Below are positions 38,165-46,947 of a DNA stretch of 46,947 nt, in pieces. The notes under the pieces are model-generated. The model worked only from the letters and a program-made list of their open reading frames with translations. It was not told where the DNA came from and did no database searches. Made by a program: the position numbers and the translations under genes. Each line of letters opens with the position of its first letter. Position 1 is the first letter of the stretch. The DNA comes from Octopus bimaculoides (taxonomy: Eukaryota), in assembly GCF_001194135.2 (NCBI RefSeq), contig NC_068987.1, positions 109,253,716-109,300,662 on the forward strand. The letters are read 5' to 3'.

Positions 38165-38246
38165 TATATAGATATTTATCTGTATATACATATAGATATA
38201 TGCATATATATGTATGTGTGTGTATATATACATATGAATATATATT

Positions 38247-38338
<92 letters not shown>

Positions 38339-38957
38339 AATGTATGTGTGTCTGTGTGTTAAGCGTACATGCGCATATAAAACAGACATTTACGCATAAA
38401 TATGCGCACCAGCAGAAAAGAGCTAACACGTTTACACGTACGTGTGCCAAACCATACACACAGATACACGCGCGCACGCACTCACACACACAGATACATG
38501 CACACATACACGTAAATACATGATAATGCACGTGTGCGTGAGGAGTGCGTGCGTGTGTGTCTGTACGGTGTATTTGTATGAGAGTTTCCGCTGAAAGCTG
38601 CCATGTAGCAGTATAATGGAGTAATATGACGTGGTTTGGCTTTCAGGGACTTTCATAATGATCCATTCTGGTCGGGCAATTGAAAGACGCTGATGTAAAC
38701 ATCGCACAACTGAAATTAATACATGACAGAAATGGAACTGGATGAATGAGAATCATAGCTTGACAAGACGTCATTTTCATGTCACAGCTACACACATTCA
38801 CGTGGCGTACACATAAATATATGCAAACACACAGATACAGATGTGAATTTGCGTATCTACTTCGAAATGGAAGTTGTTTTATATGCATGTCAACAACATT
38901 GAATAAAAGATTCACTACAGGAATAAAGATTATTGCTAATATAATATTTATAGCCAT

Positions 38958-39177
38958 TACGGTGGCGTAATGAAAGGATTATTAGTACACCGATTATAAA
39001 ATGCTTTACGGTATTTCGTCCGTCTTTATGTTGGCAGTTCAAATTCCGCCGAGATCAACTTTGCCTTTCGTCCTTTCGGGAGTGGGGGGTCGATGGAATA
39101 AGCACCAACTGAGCACTGGGGTCGATATGATCGTAACCCTTCCATCGAGATTTCTGGCCCTGTGTCAAAATTTAAAA

Positions 39178-39180
<3 letters not shown>
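38958..39180 (+). mobile_element. SINE family B, diverged full copy
   Basis: cagttcaaattccgccgagatcaactttgcctttcgtcctttcggg...gaataagcacca...ctggggtcgat. Confidence 0.85.
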
Positions 39181-39209
<29 letters not shown>

Positions 39210-39915
39210 NNNNNNNNNNNNNNNNNNNNNNNNNNNNNNNNNNNNNNNNNNNNNNNNNNNNNNNNNNNNNNNNNNNNNNNNNNNNNNNNNNNNNNNNNNN
39301 NNNNNNNNNNNNNNNNNNNNNNNNNNNNNNNNNNNNNNNNNNNNNNNNNNNNNNNNNNNNNNNNNNNNNNNNNNNNNNNNNNNNNNNNNNNNNNNNNNNN
39401 NNNNNNNNNNNNNNNNNNNNNNNNNNNNNNNNNNNNNNNNNNNNNNNNNNNNNNNNNNNNNNNNNNNNNNNNNNNNNNNNNNNNNNNNNNNNNNNNNNNN
39501 NNNNNNNNNNNNNNNNNNNNNNNNNNNNNNNNNNNNNNNNNNNNNNNNNNNNNNNNNNNNNNNNNNNNNNNNNNNNNNNNNNNNNNNNNNNNNNNNNNNN
39601 NNNNNNNNNNNNNNNNNNNNNNNNNNNNNNNNNNNNNNNNNNNNNNNNNNNNNNNNNNNNNNNNNNNNNNNNNNNNNNNNNNNNNNNNNNNNNNNNNNNN
39701 NNNNNNNNNNNNNNNNNNNNNNNNNNNNNNNNNNNNNNNNNNNNNNNNNNNNNNNNNNNNNNNNNNNNNNNNNNNNNNNNNNNNNNNNNNNNNNNNNNNN
39801 NNNNNNNNNNNNNNNNNNNNNNNNNNNNNNNNNNNNNNNNNNNNNNNNNNNNNNNNNNNNNNNNNNNNNNNNNNNNNNNNNNNNNNNNNNNNNNNNNNNN
39901 NNNNNNNNNNNNNNN

Positions 39916-39996
39916 AAAATAAGTACTAGGTTCACAAGGAATAAGTCCCGGGCTCGACTAGTTCGACTAAAGGCGATACCCAGAGCATGGCCGCAT
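39916..39996 (+). mobile_element. SINE family A, 3' fragment after the gap
   Basis: aataagtactagg...gaataagtcccggg...cgactaaaggcg...agcatggccgca. Confidence 0.75.
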
Positions 39997-40041
39997 GTAT
40001 TTTCATGCATATGGTTGCATATCAGACACACTCATATATAT

Positions 40042-40985
40042 TTAAATGATAAACTTCTGGAAAGCTTTACAGTTCTTTACAGTTCCAGTGATGGACTGAA
40101 TCTGTAGTCTTCGAATTAGCTTTCTCCTTTCTGGTTTTGAGAAGCCTAATTTCTCAAGATTAATATTTAGGCAGTGTGTTACATAGCCCAGCGTCCCTAA
40201 TAATTACAGGTATAAACCTGAACTTGTAATCTGGATAGAGAAACTGCAGATTTCTCAATAGTCCAGCACAGGTGTTCTCTTTTTCACTCACCTTCAGCTT
40301 AATGTTAACACCCAATGGGCAGCTAATTTCCACAACTGTGCACAGTTTCTCTTCTCCATCCCAAATCATTATTTCAGGTCTGTTGTGCTTACATTTTATT
40401 GAGGTCTTCACGGGTACATTCCACCAGTATTCCTTTTTATCATGGGTGGCTATTGCTTCTACCATATCGTGAGCTCTTATTTCTTTGTCCTCGGGATTAA
40501 CTTTCCGAAGGATTTCATTAAAGAGTGTCCTAGCTACAACGTCATGTCTCATACATAGATAATACCGTGATGACATTTTAAGACATCTGCTTATAATGTG
40601 AGTGATATCTACTGTGTGAAATCCACAAAGTCTGCATCGGTTGTCACATTTTACTGCCTTTTCTGCATCTCCATCCTTTTTGTGCATCAGGCACTTGGTT
40701 GATATTTCCTGTTCCTGGATTGCAAACGCATACCCTTCAAAGTGGGAGTTAGTAATCCGGCTATTGGTCCATGATAAACTGCTTTGATGATCGCAAAGCT
40801 TTCTACTAACATATCCAAATATGGTCTTCTGCTCACATAGTCTCATCCTTTCATCTAATATTACGTTGCGGTANNNNNNNNNNTATGGTCTTCTGCTCAC
40901 ATAGTCTCATCCTTTCATCTAATATTACGTTGCGGTAGAGTCGTGCGACTTCTTTGGGCATGTATTCTAGGTTATCAGACAAAGT
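40042..40985 (-). mobile_element. 5'-truncated RLE-type LINE (R4/Dong/NeSL/CRE-like): CCHC zinc knuckle plus restriction-like endonuclease
   Basis: ORF 40160-40900 has CRLCGFHTVDITHIISRC (CCHC), RHDVVA and NRPEIMIWD..CTVVEISCP (PD-(D/E)xK-like). After a frameshift it continues IPVII/GTLGYV...LQIQSITGTVKNCKAFQKFII* with the stop at ~40042. Confidence 0.92.
40820..40937. other. Assembly artefact: identical 54 bp on both sides of a 10-N gap
   Basis: 40820-40873 is identical to 40884-40937. Collapsing them restores a continuous reading frame (…EVARLYRNVILDERMRL…). Confidence 0.85.
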
Positions 40986-41050
40986 GTATGTATGTACGTA
41001 CATACGTATGTATATATGTACGTATGTTTATATGTACGTATGTATGTATG

Positions 41051-41110
<60 letters not shown>

Positions 41111-41715
41111 TGTTATCAGCTCTGTAAATGATACCATACGAGGGAGATCTACCTGGCTGATCGACATGCAAGGAATAGCAACCAAATCCATCTAAAATTC
41201 CACTCTAAGGTTTCTTAAGATATAACAGGAAGGACATATTAAGATGGCAAGAATAAACTAACAAAATAGACGCGTTGGTCACTTGTCTGTTAGTCTATTC
41301 GATAAGGAACGATCTACATCCAAGCAACAAAAATATGGTATTCTTTTGAAGAGAGAAGGATTTAACTGCTTTTTCTAACAGGTCAAGCGACAAGCAAGAG
41401 GTTCCATAATTAGCGTATAATTATTGTTATTTTGTCGTTGTAATTTAACCCCGTGTCAGCACTCATTAAACAGACCAACAGTAAAAGACGCTCCAGCCAT
41501 GACTATCACGTTTCTTCTTTCCGCCATAGTACAGCCAGATCTGCATAATCTAATGTGTGTATCATCTCAAAAGGTGTGGTTTGAGGGATACTTCGACTAT
41601 TATTTCTATAATGGTGAACGGTAACATAGAGGCATTCTCGTGGTTGAAATGCTTAATTACTTAGTCCAGAATAACCATTTCATTACTAACGCAATACTGT
41701 AATAGCGATGTACAT

Positions 41716-41769
<54 letters not shown>

Positions 41770-42062
41770 NNNNNNNNNNNNNNNNNNNNNNNNNNNNNNN
41801 NNNNNNNNNNNNNNNNNNNNNNNNNNNNNNNNNNNNNNNNNNNNNNNNNNNNNNNNNNNNNNNNNNNNNNNNNNNNNNNNNNNNNNNNNNNNNNNNNNNN
41901 NNNNNNNNNNNNNNNNNNNNNNNNNNNNNNNNNNNNNNNNNNNNNNNNNNNNNNNNNNNNNNNNNNNNNNNNNNNNNNNNNNNNNNNNNNNNNNNNNNNN
42001 NNNNNNNNNNNNNNNNNNNNNNNNNNNNNNNNNNNNNNNNNNNNNNNNNNNNNNNNGTACAT

Positions 42063-42111
<49 letters not shown>

Positions 42112-42838
42112 CGAGAGAAATTTATTAATTACTATCACAATAAATTAGGTGGCCATAAGATAATTGGGGTTGTTAAACTGGAAACCATTATTAAATATGT
42201 TCTTGTTAAGGCTGTTACTGCTGCTGCTGCTGCTACTACCACCACCACCACCACCACAACTACTACTACTACTACTACTACTATTACTGCTGTTGCTGCT
42301 GCTGTCACTGCTGCTTCAACTGAGCTTGTTGTTGCTGTTGTTGTTTGTGTTGCTGCTGCTGCTGCTGCTGTTGTCTTTGTCGCTGTTTAAACCCGGATCA
42401 GCTCCCGTTGGGTAGAGCTCTGATCAAAAGAGATCACGTTGTTACTCATATGCCAAAGGCTACAATCTCCAATGTGTTTTATAGATGTATTTATTCACAA
42501 AACAAAAAACGAACAGATTTTAAAATGAGGGATATTTTAGCTTCTATTTCTCATAGATCGGACGAATACATGCAGGCTTCCAAAATGAGTCGATATAAAT
42601 TATTCGTTTTTAATGTCAAATGTCACGAGATCACAATGTCTAGAATATATACCAGTGTGTGTATATACGTTTGCCTATATGAATATATATACGTATTACA
42701 CACACTGTCCGATGAAAGGTAGCAGATCAAAAGTTCGAAGTTACTGTCATCACTCTTGTAAAGGTATAATAAATATATGCTCTATAAAATGTATTGAATA
42801 ATCTTTCCATTTCATATAAAATTGTTTTTTTTTTTGTT

Positions 42839-42900
<62 letters not shown>

Positions 42901-42901
<1 letters not shown>

Positions 42902-42966
42902 AGGGGTCAATTTGTTCAACTAAAACTCTTCAAACCGGTGCCCCAGCATGGCCGCTGTCAAATGAT
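42901..42966 (+). mobile_element. SINE family A tail fragment
   Basis: ggggtcaatttgttcaactaaa...ggtgccccagcatggccgctgtcaaatga. Confidence 0.75.
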
Positions 42967-43074
42967 ATATATATGTCTTTATGTATGTCTGTATGTGTGT
43001 GTGTGTTTGTGTGTGTGCGGGCGTGTATGTATGTGCATCAATCGTTATTAATCCAAAGAAGAAGTATAGAATTT

Positions 43075-43292
43075 TATTACTTTATTACTCCACAGGTGGC
43101 TAAACATAGAGGGGACAAACAAGGACAGACAAGGGATTAAGTCGATTACATCGACTCCAGTGATTAACTGGTACTTATTTAATCGACTCCGAAAGGTCGA
43201 CCTCGGCGGAATTTGAACTCAGAACGTAACGGCAGACCAAATACCGCTAGGCCTTTCGCCCGGCGTGCTAACGTTTCTGCCATGTCGCCGCC
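43075..43292 (-). mobile_element. SINE family B, relatively young full copy
   Basis: ggctaaacatagaggggacaaacaaggacagac...ggtcgacctcggcggaatttgaactcagaacgtaacggcag...cgccgcc. Confidence 0.9.
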
Positions 43293-43560
43293 ATGCTCGA
43301 AGAATATATGAGAATTTATTCAAATTCTAACCTACACACACACAGACATTTAATCAGCTTCTTTCATTTTCAAAACTGTATGATATCTAGAGCTGTGTCG
43401 CAAATTCTGTCTTTTCTGGGCGTTGTGATAAAAATCGTTTGCTTTTTATGCCAAGAATGTGACTCACAGCGCAATCAGTTAACGCATAAATATGTAGGTA
43501 TATATGCATTTACGTGTGCATGCATGTATGTATGTATGCATGTATGTATGTATGTATGTA

Positions 43561-43619
43561 TTCTTTTATTCTTTTATTTGTTTCAGCCATGCGGCTGTGG
43601 TCATGCTGAAGCACCACCG
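43561..43619 (-). mobile_element. SINE family A-related tail fragment
   Basis: ttcttttattcttttatttgtttcagccatgcggctgtggtcatgctgaagcacc. Confidence 0.6.
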
Positions 43620-43710
43620 TATATGTATGCACGCATGTATGCATGTATTATCATATGCATGTATGTGCGTATAGATATATTAATAGATAGATAGATTTCT
43701 GTATATATGC

Positions 43711-43748
<38 letters not shown>

Positions 43749-44081
43749 NNNNNNNNNNNNNNNNNNNNNNNNNNNNNNNNNNNNNNNNNNNNNNNNNNNN
43801 NNNNNNNNNNNNNNNNNNNNNNNNNNNNNNNNNNNNNNNNNNNNNNNNNNNNNNNNNNNNNNNNNNNNNNNNNNNNNNNNNNNNNNNNNNNNNNNNNNNN
43901 NNNNNNNNNNNNNNNNNNNNNNNNNNNNNNNNNNNNNNNNNNNNNNNNNNNNNNNNNNNNNNNNNNNNNNNNNNNNNNNNNNNNNNNNNNNNNNNNNNNN
44001 NNNNNNNNNNNNNNNNNNNNNNNNNNNNNNNNNNNNNNNNNNNNNNNNNNNNNNNNNNNNNNNNNNNNNNNNNNNNNNNNN

Positions 44082-44119
<38 letters not shown>

Positions 44120-44407
44120 ATACACGCTGTTATAATTATTGATTGCTGAGCATGCCAATTGGTGTATGATTAGTTTTCTTACATAAAAGAGAGGCAATAA
44201 ATCCTAGTGACATTTATGCCTTTCCCAAGAGAGTCAGCCAGTTTATTTAAGTGTAATGAAACGGCTTCTCTCATGCAGTGAAGCTACATTAGGCATTTGT
44301 TTAAAGGTTACAATTAGGTAACATTTCTCTGCCTTTCGAATGCTCATATCAGGGTGGCCGTTCGGTTAAAAAGCTTGTTTCGCAATCTCGTTCTGCGATT
44401 CGACTCT

Positions 44408-44631
44408 GTCTTCTCTTTTAACTGTTCCAGTCACTGTACTGCGGCCATGCGGGAGCATCACCTTAAAGGGTTTTTAGTCGAAGAAATCGACCCCAGGACT
44501 TATACTTTGTGAGCCTAGTACTTATCCTAGCGTTTTGTTTTTCTGCCGAACCGCTAAGTTACGGGGTAGGTAAACACATCAGCATCGGTTCTCAAGCGAT
44601 AGGGTGGTCAAATACACACGCAAGCACACAA

Positions 44632-44674
<43 letters not shown>

Positions 44675-45338
44675 ACACANNNNNNNNNNNNNNNNNNNNN
44701 NNNNNNNNNNNNNNNNNNNNNNNNNNNNNNNNNNNNNNNNNNNNNNNNNNNNNNNNNNNNNNNNNNNNNNNNNNNNNNNNNNNNNNNNNNNNNNNNNNNN
44801 NNNNNNNNNNNNNNNNNNNNNNNNNNNNNNNNNNNNNNNNNNNNNNNNNNNNNNNNNNNNNNNNNNNNNNNNNNNNNNNNNNNNNNNNNNNNNNNNNNNN
44901 NNNNNNNNNNNNNNNNNNNNNNNNNNNNNNNNNNNNNNNNNNNNNNNNNNNNNNNNNNNNNNNNNNNNNNNNNNNNNNNNNNNNNNNNNNNNNNNNNNNN
45001 NNNNNNNNNNNNNNNNNNNNNNNNNNNNNNNNNNNNNNNNNNNNNNNNNNNNNNNNNNNNNNNNNNNNNNNNNNNNNNNNNNNNNNNNNNNNNNNNNNNN
45101 NNNNNNNNNNNNNNNNNNNNNNNNNNNNNNNNNNNNNNNNNNNNNNNNNNNNNNNNNNNNNNNNNNNNNNNNNNNNNNNNNNNNNNNNNNNNNNNNNNNT
45201 CTTTCAGTTTCCATCTACCAAATCCGCTCACAAGGTCTTGGTCGGCCCGAGGCTATAGTAGAAGACACTTAGCCAAGGTTCCACGCAGTGAGACTGAACC
45301 AGAAACCATGTGGTTTGGAAGCAAGCTTCTTACCACAC
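44408..45338 (-). mobile_element. SINE family A with N-gap 44680-45199 at the internal microsatellite
   Basis: 3' half before the gap and 5' half after it (ctttcagtttccatctaccaaatcc...aagcaagcttctaccacac). Confidence 0.88.
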
Positions 45339-45536
45339 GTTTCATTTCTTTTTTTTATATCTCATATTTATTTTCGCAGACCTTTTGTCGAAGAGGTACG
45401 TTATGAGGGACATAGGGATGTAAACAAACCAGCAAGGTTTGTCAGGCAGTGTGGGTAACGAAAATAGACACATTACGAAGACGTATGCATGTGCATATAC
45501 ATATATATGTATGCGCGCGCGCGCGTGTGCATTTTT

Positions 45537-45930
45537 ATTAAGAAGTTTGCTTCTCAACCACATGGTTCCGGGTTCGGTCCCATTGCGTAACACTTTGGAC
45601 AAGTGTCTTCTACTGTAGCCCTGAACCGACCACAGCATCGTGAGTGGATTGGTAAATAGTAACTGAAAGAATCCCGTCGTATATATGTGTGTGTGTCCGT
45701 GTGTGTCTCTCTGTGTGTGTACGTGTGTGTACGCACGCGTGTACATGTCTTTGTGTCTGCGTTTGTCCCCCACCACCACTTGACAACCGTTGTTAGTGTG
45801 CTTACGTCGCCATAACTTAGCGGTTCAGCAAAAGACTCCGATAGAGTAAGTACCAGTCTTTAAAATCTATAAGTATTGTGGTTGATTTATTCGACTAACA
45901 ATTCTCCAAAGCGGTGCCCCAGCATGGCCA
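45537..45930 (+). mobile_element. SINE family A, near full length
   Basis: caaccacatggttccgggttcggtccc...caagtgtcttctactgtagcc...ttgacaaccg...gcggtgccccagcatggcca. Confidence 0.88.
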
Positions 45931-45987
45931 CCATCTATATGCATACATAAACATTTACATACATAAACATATACACATATGTGTATA

Positions 45988-46199
45988 TTCTTTTATTATT
46001 TTATCTATTTCAGTAATTAGACTGCAGCCATGCTGGAGCACAACCTTTTTGTATTTTGCCCAACGATTCGACTCCAGCACTTTAAAAAAAAAATTTTTAG
46101 CCAGGTATTTATCCTATCGGTCTCTTTTGCCGAACCGCTAATTTAGGAGAACATACACACGCCAACACCTGTTGTCAAGCAGTGGTGGGCGACAAACAC

Positions 46200-46238
<39 letters not shown>

Positions 46239-46414
46239 AATTAAAATTATATACATATACATGACGAGCTTCTTTCAGCTTCGGTGTACCTAATCCACTC
46301 TCAAGGTTTGATTGGCCCGGGGATATACTAAAAAACACTTGCTCAAGGTGCCATACAGTGGGACTGAACCTAGAACCATACTGCTGGGAAGCAAGTTTCT
46401 TACCACACAGCTAC
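45988..46414 (-). mobile_element. SINE family A, near full length (tail-to-tail with the previous copy)
   Basis: tttcagtaattagactgcagccatgctggagc...cacttgctcaaggtgccatacagtgggactgaacc...cttaccacacagc. Confidence 0.88.
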
Positions 46415-46801
46415 TAACATCATCTCTTTTTTTTGAGCTTCAGTTTTCTTGTTACCTTATTTTATATATTCCGGAACCGCTCATAAAGACTTGGCTGAGT
46501 ACGTGTTAATTCTTAATATTTCATATATCCAATATATATATTCTGTATGTAGAATGTTGCCCTGTGGCACTCTTCTACAGCCATATTATTCGCATGTCAT
46601 TTTGTGCTTGATTTTCAAATTCCTTGCTAGAAAATAATTTCCTTAAAATTTCCAAAATTACGTATTTTTCTCAAAGAAAGAGATGAGTGATAAATAATAA
46701 AAAAAATCGCGAGTGTTTCACAATGGAACTACAGCCCCAATCTGAGTTAAGTTATTTAAGCATGGCTTTCGAGTCTCAAATGATCACAATAGACCGAACT
46801 A

Positions 46802-46947
46802 TTGGGTTGTCCGGAAAGTTCGTGCCGATTTATAGTAGCTTACCTTTCGACTTATTTGCCACGAAACCACCTCAATTCTAGGAAGAGGGTATTTTCAAGT
46901 TAAAGGAAAGATGGAGACGCATTGTGCAACAAAATGGTTCATATTTG
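46802..46947 (+). mobile_element. Mariner internal-deletion derivative: left TIR joined to the transposase C-terminus; runs off the window
   Basis: TA at 46800-46801 precedes TTGGGTTGTCCGGAAAGTTCGTGCCGATTT, a mariner-like TIR. About 45 bp later the sequence reads DLFATKPPQF*EEGIFKLKERWRRIVQQNGSYL, matching the mariner C-terminal pattern FxxxGIxKLPERWxxVVxxxGxY. Confidence 0.85.

Noticed and set aside
41707-42110. GTACATGATTGTGTG... repeated on both sides of gap 41770-42056
   Set aside because: Most likely overlapping contig ends around a (TG)n tract, so an assembly artefact rather than a real duplication.

Overview
This is repeat-saturated, AT-rich eukaryotic DNA, most likely intergenic or deep-intronic sequence from an octopod (Octopus-type) draft assembly. 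That assignment is inferred from the SINE families and the microsatellite load, not from a database search. There are 15 N-gaps totalling about 5.4 kb. I find no intact protein-coding gene, RNA gene or CRISPR array, and almost all ORFs in the supplied track are microsatellite or N read-through. Supportable features: about 30 copies or fragments of three tRNA-derived SINE families (called A, B and C here); a degraded RTE-clade LINE (APE plus start of RT, minus strand, ~12.35-14.7 kb); two RLE-type LINE 3' fragments (~16.7-17.05 kb and ~40.0-41.0 kb); a Penelope GIY-YIG remnant (~11.4-11.9 kb); a Tc1/mariner MITE (36014-36223); a mariner deletion derivative at the window end; a 158-bp foldback; and weaker Gypsy, Tc1 and hAT traces. 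I did not find convincing evidence of a new biological system. The best leads are: (1) an unidentified decayed ORF at ~2.1-2.8 kb with a kinase-subdomain-IX-like motif, of which 143 bp is copied 2 kb upstream between 17-bp inverted repeats; (2) the modular SINE A, which carries an internal microsatellite and shares a 3' module with SINE B; (3) a 17-bp-period array with a YY1-like core; (4) a canonical-looking 86-nt intron in unique sequence; (5) closely spaced inverted SINE pairs. SINE and LINE boundaries are approximate, read by eye.
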